From Antedon mediterranea (taxonomy: Eukaryota > Animalia > Echinodermata), in contig NC_092676.1 of NCBI RefSeq assembly GCF_964355755.1, forward strand, positions 9,897,888 to 9,961,887: a DNA stretch of 64,000 bases, read 5' to 3'. Position numbers and translations under genes: made by a program. Positions 51,145 through 64,000 of this stretch are shown here, one piece after another. Position 1 is the first letter of the stretch. Each line of letters begins with the position of its first letter. Under the pieces are notes generated by a model. That model did no database searches. It saw only the letters and a program-made list of their open reading frames with translations, and was not told where the DNA came from.

Positions 51145-52380
51145 GACCTAAAAAAAAATAGTTTGTTTGCTGTCATCCGCCGCCCCTAATTTCGCCAAAA
51201 ATTTGGGGCGGAGATAAGAAAAAAATTTGTTTACGTTGAGGGCGCTTTTAAAAAAAAAGTTTTTTTATGATTTTTTTTGGCCGAAAAGGTTTAAAAATCG
51301 AGTGTGTGAGGATGAAACAATAAAAATAATAACGTAGCGTATATTTCGGTGTATAATCGCACTTTTGACACGCAAATTTAACCTTATACACCGAACATAA
51401 ATGCCTCAACACACAGATATCGCCACCTCGTTGGCTAGGCCTGGGCTTTTTAAGGTAAGGCCTACTAGGCCTAGCCTAGGCCTATAAGTATTACTAAAGA
51501 GTAGGCCTAGCCTAGCTACAGTGTACTAGCGTAACAGCAACCTGCTAGTTTTCTAGGCATTTTAGCGTGATTTTGTACTAAATATGATGACAAGATTTGT
51601 TCATTATATGGAGCTGTTTTAGGCGCTCCGATAAAATTTCATTTGTAAACGTTTACGATTGGAATAGTATTATAGTTATATGCACGACCGTCGTACCCCC
51701 AGCCCTTCTTGGCAACCACATGGTGTACAGTATTCGACTAGTATATTCTCCAGTTGATTATAGCATAGACCTAGCGTACACACTTCTAGGATACATAGAT
51801 ACTAATCGAATACGATTGTCCGTGAAAACGTGCGCCTCTCGATAAATCGAGCGAGGCTAGCCCACACACACGTGCGGTCATGCACTCGATGTTGCGGGTG
51901 CGAAACTCATGAATAACAAGTTAGAAAGAACTGACAGAATGGGGGACTTCCCTTCATGTTGAGGCTGGGCGCGGCCGTCTTATACATCGACGATATACAA
52001 AATACCGATATTTTACTCTCAGTTAGGGGTGCGTCTTATACACAGGTGCGACTTATACACCGAAATATACGGTACACTAACTTCTAAAATATTTAATTAG
52101 GCCTGCTAACAACGACCTTCTGTGTAGTAGGCCTAGCCTAGGCTAGTTTAGACACGGGGCCTAACGCGCCCAAAACAGAATTAAAGTGTGAAACAAATTA
52201 TGAATAGATGTTTGAGCTCGTTGTTTTATTCAGTGTGTTTTGTTACTCTCAAATTCACGTACAATTAACAGAGAAATTAACATTAAAAAAAAAAAAAAAA
52301 AAAACTTTTTTCCACCCGCCCCCCCCCCCCCTACCAAAACAAAAACTTGACAGAAAACAAATTTTTTTTTTTTTTAGGCC
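51145..52380. mobile_element. Harbinger-like element with nested pogo-like MITE (51337-52072), copy 2
   Basis: Near-identical to 45502-46739 with the same flanks, offset 5643 bp. Confidence 0.8.
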
Positions 52381-52766
52381 TTATGAAGCATATTCGTGTA
52401 GCATCGGTGGTTCAGTGATAGAATTCTCGCCTGCCACGCGGGGGACTCGGGTTCAATTCACGGCTGGTGCATTTTTATAATGGAATAATATCAAAGGTGA
52501 CCTAGGACTGACCAGTGATTATGAAACATATTCGTGTAGCATCGGTGGTTCAGTGGTAGAATTTTCGCCTGCCATGCGGGGCACCCGGGTTAAATTCCCG
52601 GCCGATGCATTTTTAGAATGGAATAATATCAAAGCTGACCTATAAATGACCGGTGATTATGAACTATACACGTGTAGCATCGGTGGTTCTGTTTTAGAAA
52701 TCTCGCCTGCCACACGTGGAATCCGGGTAAAATTTCCAGCCGATGCATTTTTATAATGGAACAATA

Positions 52767-53398
52767 TGTGGCACATGCAAGCGAAATCGGACATAAGTTG
52801 CATTTGTAGATTTGGAGAAACAACCAAAAACATTAAAAGGCTGAAAAATTACATTTTTTAATTTTTACAGAAAATAATAGCTGAAACAATATTTATTTAC
52901 ATTACCTTGGTGTTTTTCTATTTTGAGACAAATAAATAGATACATTTTAAGATTTCGTGTAGTATGTTGGTTAAAAAGATAGTGTAAATTATGAATGATT
53001 TTCATAAAACCTATCATGTTTTATGCTTAAATTGAAAGTGTTCCATTGAGTTAATTTCAATGAAAATTTTGCATAATAATAGAACAATAGTTAATTAAGG
53101 AAGGTGCGAAGTTTCATTGAAATAAAACAATTAGAATACCCTTTTGCTAAGGCTTAAACTTAGACGTCCTGTTTATTTTTTTGTAGTTGTCGTTTCCTGT
53201 TACTTAACTTTAAAAGCATTTTTCTCAAAACACTGATTGTAACAACCAAAACTTTAGACTAAGATATCTTTGGAAGTAGACATGGTATCAAGATATTTTT
53301 TCAGCATTTTAAATCTTGGATTATGTAGTTTCAGTATTTGTAGAAATCTCAATTTTGAAAATTTCGACTTATGTCTGGTTTCGCTTGCATGTGCCACA
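52767..53398. mobile_element. MITE with ~34-bp TIR, copy 2
   Basis: Duplicate of 47126-47757, offset 5641 bp. Confidence 0.85.
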
Positions 53399-56300
53399 TA
53401 TCGAAGCTCACCTATAATGACCGGTGATTGCAAAACATATACGTGTAGCATCGGTGGTTCAGTGATAGAATTCTCGCCTGCCACGCGGGGGACCCTTTTC
53501 AAATTCCCGGCCGATGCATTTTTAGAATTGAATAATATTAAAGCTGCCCTATAAATGACCGGTGATTATGAACTATACACGTGTAGCACGTGTGGTTCCG
53601 TTTTAGAATTCTCGCCTGCCATACGTATCCGGGTAAAATTCCCGGCCGATGCATTTTTATAATGGAACAATATCAAAGCTAACCACACGTGTAGCGTCGG
53701 TGGTTCTGCCACACGTGGATCCGTGTAAAATTCCCGGACGATGCATTTTTAGAATGGAACAATATTAAAGCTGACCTAGGACTGACCAGTGAGTATAAAT
53801 CATATACAGCTAGCTTCGGTGGTTCAGTGGTAGAATTCTCGCCTGCCACGCGGGGGACCCGGGTTCAATTCCCGGCCGATGCAGTTTTTTGTAATGGAAT
53901 TATATCAAAGCTAACCTATAAATGACCGGTGATAATAAAGCATATACATGTAGCATCGGTTGTTCTGTTTTAGAAATCTCGCCTGCCACACGTAGAATCC
54001 GGGTAAAATTTCCAGCCGATGCATTTTTATAATGGAACAATATCGACGCTCTCCTATAATGACCGGTGATTATAAAACATATACGTGTAGCATCGGTGGT
54101 TCAGTGATAGAATTCTCGCCTGCCACGCGGGGGACCCGGGTTCAATTCACGGCTGGTGCATTTTTATAATGGAATAATATCAAAGGTGACCTGGAACTGA
54201 CCAGTTATTATGAAGCATATTCGTGTAGCATCGGTAGATCAGTGGTAGTATTCTCGCCTACCACGCGGGTATTCTCGCCTACCAAGCATATTCGTGTGGC
54301 ATCGGTGGTTCAGTGGTAGAATTCTCGCCTGCCACGCGCCGGATCCGGGTTCAATTCCCGGCCGATGCAATGGAATAATATCAAAGCTGACTTATAAATT
54401 ACCGGTGATTATGAACTATACACGTGCAGCAGCAGTGGTTCTGTTTTAGAAATTTCGCCTGCCACAGGTAGAATCCGGGTTCAATTCCCGGTCGATGCAG
54501 TTTTGTAATGGAATAATATCAAAGCTGACTTATAAATTACCGGTGATTATGAACTATACACGTGTAGCATCAGTGGTTCTGTTTTAGAAATCTCGCCTGC
54601 CACACGTAGAATCCGGGTAAAATTTCCAGCCGATGCATTTTTATAATGGAACAATATCGACGCTCTCCTATAATGACCGGTGATTATAAAACATATACGT
54701 GTAGCATCGGTGGTTCAGTGGTAGAATTCTCGCCTGCCACGCGGGGGACCCGGGTTCAATTCCCGGCCGATGCATTTTTATAATGGAATAATATCAAAGC
54801 TGAACTAGGACTGACCAGTGATTATGAAGCATATTCGTGTAGCATCGGTGGTTCAGTGGTAGAATTCTCGCCTGCCACGCGAGGGACCCGGGTTCAATTC
54901 CCGGCCGATGCATTTTTAGAATGGAATAATATCAAAGGTGACCTAGGACTGACCAGTGATTATGAAGCATATTCGTGTGGCATCGGTGGTTCAGTGGTAG
55001 AATTCTTGCCTGCCACGCGCCGGATCCGGGTTCAATTCCCGGCCGATGCAATGGAATAATATCAAAGCTGACTTATAAATTACCGGTGATTATGAACTAT
55101 ACACGTGCAGCAGCAGTGGTTCTGTTTTAGAAATCTCGCCTGCCACAGGTAGAATCCGGGTAAAATTTCCAGCCGATGCATTTTTATAATGGAACAATAT
55201 CGACGCTCTCCTATAATGACCGGTGATTATAAAACATATACGTGTAGCATCGGTGGTTCAGTGGTAGAATTCTCGCCTGCCACGCGGGGGACCCGGGTTC
55301 AATTCCCGGCCGATGCATTTTTATAATGGAATAATATCAAAGCTAAACTAGGACTGACCAGTGATTATGAAGCATATTCGTGTAGCATCGGTGGTTCAGT
55401 GGTAGAATTCTCGCCTGCCACGCGGGGGACCCGGGTTCAATTCCCGGCCGATGAATTTTTAGAATGGAATAATATCAAAGGTGACCTAGGACTGACCAGT
55501 GATTATGAAGCATATTCGTGTGGCATCGGTGGTTCAGTGGTAGAATTCTCGCCTGCCACGCGCCGGATCCGGGTTCAATTCTCGGCCGATGCAATGGAAT
55601 AATATCAAAGCTGACTTATAAATTACCGGCGATTATGAACTATACACGTGCAGCATCAGTGGTTCTGTTTTAGAAATCTCGCCTGCCACACGTAGAATCC
55701 GGGTAAAATTTCCAGCCGATGCATTTTTATAATGGAACAATATCGACGCTCTCCTATAATGACCGGTAATTATAAAACATATACGTGTAGCATCGGTGGT
55801 TCAGTGGTAGAATTCTCGCCTGCCACGCGGGGGACCCGGGTTCAATTCCCGGCCGATGCATTTTTATAATGTAATAATATCAAAGCTGACCTAGGACTGA
55901 CCAGTGATTATGAAGCATATTCGTGTAGCATCGGTGGTTCAGTGGTAGAATTCTCGCCTGCCACGCGGGGGACCCGGGTTCAATTCCCGGCCGATGCATT
56001 TTTATAATGGAATAATATCAAAGGTAACCTAGGACTGACCAGTGATTATGAAGCATATTCGTGTAGCATCGTGGTAGAATTCTCGCCTGCCTGCCACGCG
56101 CCGGATCCGGGTTCAATTCCCGGCCGATGCAGTTTTGTAATGGAATAATATCAAAGCTGACTTATAAATTACCGGTGATTATGAACTATACACGTGCAGC
56201 ATCAGCAGTGGTTCTGTTTTAGAAATCTCGCCTGCCACACGTAGAATCCGGGTAAAATTTCCAGCCGATGCATTTTTATAATGGAACAATATCGACGCTC

Positions 56301-59300
56301 TCCTATAATGACCGGTGATTATAAAACATATACGTGTAGCATCGGTGGTTCAGTGATAGAATTCTCGCCTGCCACGCGGGGGACCCGGGTTCAATTCACG
56401 GCTGGTGCATTTTTATAATGGAATAATATCAAAGGTGACCTGGAACTAACCAGTTATTATGAAGCATATTCGTGTAGCATCGGTGGATCAGTGGTAGTAT
56501 TCTCGCCTGCCACGCGGGGGACCCGGGTTCAATTCCCGGCCGATGTATTTTTAGAATGGAATAATATCAAAGGTGACCTAGGACTGACCAGTGATTATGA
56601 AGCATATTCGTGTGGCATCGGTGGTTCAGTGGTAGAATTCTCGCCTGCCACGCGCCGGATCCGGGTTCAATTCCCGGTCGATGCAGTTTTGTAATGGAAT
56701 AATATCAAAGCTGACTTATAAATTACCGGTGATTATGAACTATACACGTGTAGCATCAGTGGTTCTGTTTTAGAAATCTCGCCTGCCACACGTAGAATCC
56801 GGGTAAAATTTCCAGCCGATGCATTTTTATAATGGAACAATATCGACGCTCTCCTATAATGACCGGTGATTATAAAACATATACGTGTAGCATCGGTGGT
56901 TCAGTGATAGAATTCTCGCCTGCCACGCGGGGGACCCGGGTTCAATTCACGGCTGGTGCATTTTTATAATGGAATAATATCAAAGGTGACCTGGAACTGA
57001 CCAGTTATTATGAAGCATATTCGTGTAGCATCGGTGGATCAGTGGTAGTATTCTCGCCTGCCACGCGGGGGACCCGGGTTCAATTCCCGGCCGATGTATT
57101 TTTAGAATGGAATAATATCAAAGGTGACCTAGGACTGACCAGTGATTATGAAGCATATTCGTGTGGCATCGGTGGTTCAGTGGTAGAATTCTCGCCTGCC
57201 ACGCGCCGGATCCGGGTTCAATTCCCGGTCGATGCAGTTTTGTAATGGAATAATATCAAAGCTGACTTATAAATTACCGGTGATTATGAACTATACACGT
57301 GTAGCATCAGTGGTTCTGTTTTAGAAATCTCGCCTGCCACACGTAGAATCCGGGTAAAATTTCCAGCCGATGCATTTTTATAATGGAACAATATCGACGC
57401 TCTCCTATAATGACCGGTGATTATAAAACATATACGTGTAGCATCGGTGGTTCAGTGGTAGAATTCTCGCCTGCCACGCGGGGGACCCGGGTTCAATTCC
57501 CGGCCGATGCATTTTTATAATGGAATAATATCAAAGCTGAACTAGGACTGACCAGTGATTATGAAGCATATTCGTGTAGCATCGGTGATTCAGTGGTAGA
57601 ATTCTCGCCTGCCACGCGGGGGACCCGGGTTCAATTCCCGGCCGATGCATTTTTAGAATGGAATAATATCAAAGGTGACCTAGGACTGACCAGTGATTAT
57701 GAAGCATATTCGTGTGGCGTCGGTGGTTCAGTGGTAGAATTCTCGCCTGCCACGCGCCGGATACGGGTTCAATTCTCGGCCGATGCAATGGAATAATATC
57801 AAAGCTGACTTATAAATTACCGGTGATTATGAACTATACACGTGCAGCATCAGTGGTTCTGTTTTAGAAATCTCGCCTGCCACACGTAGAATCCGGGTAA
57901 AATTTCCAGCCGATGCATTTTTATAATGGAACAATATCGACGCTCTCCTATAATGACCGGTGATTATAAAACATATACGTGTAGCATCGGTGGTTCAGTG
58001 GTAGAATTCTCGCCTGCCACGCGGGGGACCCGGGTTCAATTCCCGGCCGATGCATTTTTATAATGGAATAATATCAAAGCTGACCTAGGACTGACCAGTG
58101 ATTATGAAGCATATTCGTGTGGCATCGGTGGTTCAGTGGTAGAATTCTCACCTGCCACGCGCCGGATACGGGTTCAATTCTCGGCCGATGCAATGGAATA
58201 ATATCAAAGCTGACTTATAAATTACCGGTGATTATGAACTATACACGTGCAGCATCAGTGGTTCTGTTTTAGAAATCTCGCCTGCCACACGTAGAATCCG
58301 GGTAAAATTTCCAGCCGATGCATTTTTATAATGGAACAATATCGACGCTCTCCTATAATGACCGGTGATTATAAAACATATACGTGTAGCATCGGTGGTT
58401 CAGTGATAGAATTCTCGCCTGCCACGCGGGGGACCCGGGTTCAATTCACGGCTGGTGCATTTTTATAATGGAATAATATCAAAGGTGACCTGGAACTGAC
58501 CAGTTATTATGAAGCATATTCGTGTAGCATCGGTAGATCAGTGGTAGTATTCTCGCCTACCACGCGGGTATTCTCGCCTACCAAGCATATTCGTGTGGCA
58601 TCGGTGGTTCAGTGGTAGAATTCTCGCCTGCCACGCGCCGGATCCGGGTTCAATTCCCGGCCGATGCAATGGAATAATATCAAAGCTGACTTATAAATTA
58701 CCGGTGATTATGAACTATACACGTGCAGCAGCAGTGGTTCTGTTTTAGAAATTTCGCCTGCCACAGGTAGAATCCGGGTTCAATTCCCGGTCGATGCAGT
58801 TTTGTAATGGAATAATATCAAAGCTGACTTATAAATTACCGGTGATTATGAACTATACACGTGTAGCATCAGTGGTTCTGTTTTAGAAATCTCGCCTGCC
58901 ACACGTAGAATCCGGGTAAAATTTCCAGCCGATGCATTTTTATAATGGAACAATATCGACGCTCTCCTATAATGACCGGTGATTATAAAACATATACGTG
59001 TAGCATCGGTGGTTCAGTGGTAGAATTCTCGCCTGCCACGCGGGGGACCCGGGTTCAATTCCCGGCCGATGCATTTTTATAATGGAATAATATCAAAGCT
59101 GAACTAGGACTGACCAGTGATTATGAAGCATATTCGTGTAGCATCGGTGGTTCAGTGGTAGAATTCTCGCCTGCCACGCGAGGGACCCGGGTTCAATTCC
59201 CGGCCGATGCATTTTTAGAATGGAATAATATCAAAGGTGACCTAGGACTGACCAGTGATTATGAAGCATATTCGTGTGGCATCGGTGGTTCAGTGGTAGA

Positions 59301-62300
59301 ATTCTTGCCTGCCACGCGCCGGATCCGGGTTCAATTCCCGGCCGATGCAATGGAATAATATCAAAGCTGACTTATAAATTACCGGTGATTATGAACTATA
59401 CACGTGCAGCAGCAGTGGTTCTGTTTTAGAAATCTCGCCTGCCACAGGTAGAATCCGGGTAAAATTTCCAGCCGATGCATTTTTATAATGGAACAATATC
59501 GACGCTCTCCTATAATGACCGGTGATTATAAAACATATACGTGTAGCATCGGTGGTTCAGTGGTAGAATTCTCGCCTGCCACGCGGGGGACCCGGGTTCA
59601 ATTCCCGGCCGATGCATTTTTATAATGGAATAATATCAAAGCTAAACTAGGACTGACCAGTGATTATGAAGCATATTCGTGTAGCATCGGTGGTTCAGTG
59701 GTAGAATTCTCGCCTGCCACGCGGGGGACCCGGGTTCAATTCCCGGCCGATGAATTTTTAGAATGGAATAATATCAAAGGTGACCTAGGACTGACCAGTG
59801 ATTATGAAGCATATTCGTGTGGCATCGGTGGTTCAGTGGTAGAATTCTCGCCTGCCACGCGCCGGATCCGGGTTCAATTCTCGGCCGATGCAATGGAATA
59901 ATATCAAAGCTGACTTATAAATTACCGGCGATTATGAACTATACACGTGCAGCATCAGTGGTTCTGTTTTAGAAATCTCGCCTGCCACACGTAGAATCCG
60001 GGTAAAATTTCCAGCCGATGCATTTTTATAATGGAACAATATCGACGCTCTCCTATAATGACCGGTAATTATAAAACATATACGTGTAGCATCGGTGGTT
60101 CAGTGGTAGAATTCTCGCCTGCCACGCGGGGGACCCGGGTTCAATTCCCGGCCGATGCATTTTTATAATGTAATAATATCAAAGCTGACCTAGGACTGAC
60201 CAGTGATTATGAAGCATATTCGTGTAGCATCGGTGGTTCAGTGGTAGAATTCTCGCCTGCCACGCGGGGGACCCGGGTTCAATTCCCGGCCGATGCATTT
60301 TTATAATGGAATAATATCAAAGGTAACCTAGGACTGACCAGTGATTATGAAGCATATTCGTGTAGCATCGTGGTAGAATTCTCGCCTGCCTGCCACGCGC
60401 CGGATCCGGGTTCAATTCCCGGCCGATGCAGTTTTGTAATGGAATAATATCAAAGCTGACTTATAAATTACCGGTGATTATGAACTATACACGTGCAGCA
60501 TCAGCAGTGGTTCTGTTTTAGAAATCTCGCCTGCCACACGTAGAATCCGGGTAAAATTTCCAGCCGATGCATTTTTATAATGGAACAATATCGACGCTCT
60601 CCTATAATGACCGGTGATTATAAAACATATACGTGTAGCATCGGTGGTTCAGTGATAGAATTCTCGCCTGCCACGCGGGGGACCCGGGTTCAATTCACGG
60701 CTGGTGCATTTTTATAATGGAATAATATCAAAGGTGACCTGGAACTAACCAGTTATTATGAAGCATATTCGTGTAGCATCGGTGGATCAGTGGTAGTATT
60801 CTCGCCTGCCACGCGGGGGACCCGGGTTCAATTCCCGGCCGATGTATTTTTAGAATGGAATAATATCAAAGGTGACCTAGGACTGACCAGTGATTATGAA
60901 GCATATTCGTGTGGCATCGGTGGTTCAGTGGTAGAATTCTCGCCTGCCACGCGCCGGATCCGGGTTCAATTCCCGGTCGATGCAGTTTTGTAATGGAATA
61001 ATATCAAAGCTGACTTATAAATTACCGGTGATTATGAACTATACACGTGTAGCATCAGTGGTTCTGTTTTAGAAATCTCGCCTGCCACACGTAGAATCCG
61101 GGTAAAATTTCCAGCCGATGCATTTTTATAATGGAACAATATCGACGCTCTCCTATAATGACCGGTGATTATAAAACATATACGTGTAGCATCGGTGGTT
61201 CAGTGATAGAATTCTCGCCTGCCACGCGGGGGACCCGGGTTCAATTCACGGCTGGTGCATTTTTATAATGGAATAATATCAAAGGTGACCTGGAACTGAC
61301 CAGTTATTATGAAGCATATTCGTGTAGCATCGGTGGATCAGTGGTAGTATTCTCGCCTGCCACGCGGGGGACCCGGGTTCAATTCCCGGCCGATGTATTT
61401 TTAGAATGGAATAATATCAAAGGTGACCTAGGACTGACCAGTGATTATGAAGCATATTCGTGTGGCATCGGTGGTTCAGTGGTAGAATTCTCGCCTGCCA
61501 CGCGCCGGATCCGGGTTCAATTCCCGGTCGATGCAGTTTTGTAATGGAATAATATCAAAGCTGACTTATAAATTACCGGTGATTATGAACTATACACGTG
61601 TAGCATCAGTGGTTCTGTTTTAGAAATCTCGCCTGCCACACGTAGAATCCGGGTAAAATTTCCAGCCGATGCATTTTTATAATGGAACAATATCGACGCT
61701 CTCCTATAATGACCGGTGATTATAAAACATATACGTGTAGCATCGGTGGTTCAGTGGTAGAATTCTCGCCTGCCACGCGGGGGACCCGGGTTCAATTCCC
61801 GGCCGATGCATTTTTATAATGGAATAATATCAAAGCTGAACTAGGACTGACCAGTGATTATGAAGCATATTCGTGTAGCATCGGTGATTCAGTGGTAGAA
61901 TTCTCGCCTGCCACGCGGGGGACCCGGGTTCAATTCCCGGCCGATGCATTTTTAGAATGGAATAATATCAAAGGTGACCTAGGACTGACCAGTGATTATG
62001 AAGCATATTCGTGTGGCGTCGGTGGTTCAGTGGTAGAATTCTCGCCTGCCACGCGCCGGATACGGGTTCAATTCTCGGCCGATGCAATGGAATAATATCA
62101 AAGCTGACTTATAAATTACCGGTGATTATGAACTATACACGTGCAGCATCAGTGGTTCTGTTTTAGAAATCTCGCCTGCCACACGTAGAATCCGGGTAAA
62201 ATTTCCAGCCGATGCATTTTTATAATGGAACAATATCGACGCTCTCCTATAATGACCGGTGATTATAAAACATATACGTGTAGCATCGGTGGTTCAGTGG

Positions 62301-63278
62301 TAGAATTCTCGCCTGCCACGCGGGGGACCCGGGTTCAATTCCCGGCCGATGCATTTTTATAATGGAATAATATCAAAGCTGACCTAGGACTGACCAGTGA
62401 TTATGAAGCATATTCGTGTGGCATCGGTGGTTCAGTGGTAGAATTCTCACCTGCCACGCGCCGGATACGGGTTCAATTCTCGGCCGATGCAATGGAATAA
62501 TATCAAAGCTGACTTATAAATTACCGGTGATTATGAACTATACACGTGCAGCATCAGTGGTTCTGTTTTAGAAATCTCGCCTGCCACACGTAGAATCCGG
62601 GTAAAATTTCCAGCCGATGCATTTTTATAATGGAACAATATCGACGCTCTCCTATAATGACCGGTGATTATAAAACATATACGTGTAGCATCGGTGGTTC
62701 AGTGGTAGAATTCTCGCCTGCCACGCGGGGGACCCGGGTTCAATTCCCGGCCGATGCATTTTTATAATGGAATAATATCAAAGCTGACCTAGGACTGACC
62801 AGTGATTATGAAGCATATTCGTGTAGCATCGGTGGTTCAGTGGTAGAATTCTCGCCTGCCACGCGGGGGACCCGGGTTCAATTCCCGGCCGATGCATTTT
62901 TAGAATGGAATAATATCAAAGGTGACCCAGGACTGACCAATGATTATGAAGCATGTTCGTGAAGCATCAGTCGTTCAGTGGTAGAATTCTCGCCTGCCAC
63001 GCGGGGGACCCGGGTTCAATTCCCGGCCGATGCATTTTTATAATGGAATAATATCAAATGTGACCTAGTACTGACCAGTGATTATGAAGCATATTCGTGT
63101 AGCATCGGTGGTTCAGTGGTAGAATTCTCGCCTGCCACGCGGGTGACCTTGGTTCAATTCTCGGCCGATGCATTTTTATAATGGAATAATATAAAAGGTG
63201 ACCTATGAATTACCAGTGATTATGAAGCATATTCGTTTAGCATCGGTTGTTCAGTGACCTAGGACTGACCAGTGATTA

Positions 63279-64000
63279 GACCTAAAAAAAAATAGTTTGT
63301 TTGCTGTCATCCGCCGCCCCTAATTTCGCCAAAAATTTGGGGCGGAGATAAGAAAAAAATTTGTTTACGTTGAGGGCGCTTTTAAAAAAAAAGTTTTTTT
63401 ATGATTTTTTTTGGCCGAAAAGGTTTAAAAATCGAGTGTGTGAGGATGAAACAATAAAAATAATAACGTAGCGTATATTTCGGTGTATAATCGCACTTTT
63501 GACACGCAAATTTAACCTTATACACCGAACATAAATGCCTCAACACACAGATATCGCCACCTCGTTGGCTAGGCCTGGGCTTTTTAAGGTAAGGCCTACT
63601 AGGCCTAGCCTAGGCCTATAAGTATTACTAAAGAGTAGGCCTAGCCTAGCTACAGTGTACTAGCGTAACAGCAACCTGCTAGTTTTCTAGGCATTTTAGC
63701 GTGATTTTGTACTAAATATGATGACAAGATTTGTTCATTATATGGAGCTGTTTTAGGCGCTCCGATAAAATTTCATTTGTAAACGTTTACGATTGGAATA
63801 GTATTATAGTTATATGCACGACCGTCGTACCCCCAGCCCTTCTTGGCAACCACATGGTGTACAGTATTCGACTAGTATATTCTCCAGTTGATTATAGCAT
63901 AGACCTAGCGTACACACTTCTAGGATACATAGATACTAATCGAATACGATTGTCCGTGAAAACGTGCGCCTCTCGATAAATCGAGCGAGGCTAGCCCACA
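63279..64000. mobile_element. Harbinger-like element with nested pogo-like MITE (from 63471), copy 3, cut by the window end
   Basis: Same left junction and sequence as 45502 and 51145. Confidence 0.8.

Larger units (their letters stand above)
33520..64000 (+). tRNA. Tandem array of tRNA-Gly(GCC) genes and variant/pseudo copies, ~137-bp period, roughly 190 units; right boundary not reached
   Basis: Repeated 71-nt GCATCGGTGGTTCAGTGGTAGAATTCTCGCCTGCCACGCGGGGGACCCGGGTTCAATTCCCGGCCGATGCA followed by TTTTT and ~65-bp spacers; unit count estimated from length minus insertions, not enumerated. Confidence 0.97.

Noticed and set aside
34474-62095. Recurrent 67-aa ORFs (MVEFSPATRG...)
   Set aside because: GTG-started translations of tRNA plus spacer; a by-product of the repeat.
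33520-64000. CRISPR-like repeat-spacer array
   Set aside because: The repeat is a eukaryotic tRNA gene, the spacers are homologous to one another rather than unique, and there are no cas genes.

Overview
AT-rich, intron-containing eukaryotic DNA, probably from a marine invertebrate (inference). The left ~21 kb holds two minus-strand genes: a secreted collagen+C1q protein with a 5'-truncated LINE in one intron, and a 24-exon receptor tyrosine kinase (~1200 aa by my hand-spliced model). The kinase has an EGF/Cys-rich ectodomain followed by unrecognised beta-rich domains, and an activation loop with no tyrosine. The 22-33 kb zone is a transposon pile: a TIR-bounded foldback-like element with a nested Penelope fragment (inverted terminal repeat, hammerhead-like core), a young full-length BEL/Pao LTR retrotransposon with near-identical 705-bp LTRs but inactivating mutations, and a JHAMT-like methyltransferase pseudogene. 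From ~33.5 kb to the window end is a >30-kb head-to-tail tRNA-Gly(GCC) gene array (~137-bp unit, roughly 190 units estimated from length). It is organised into satellite-like higher-order repeats in which canonical, terminator-less and promoter-less variants recur in a mostly fixed order, and it is interrupted by amplified nested MITEs. All coordinates were read by eye; no searches were run.
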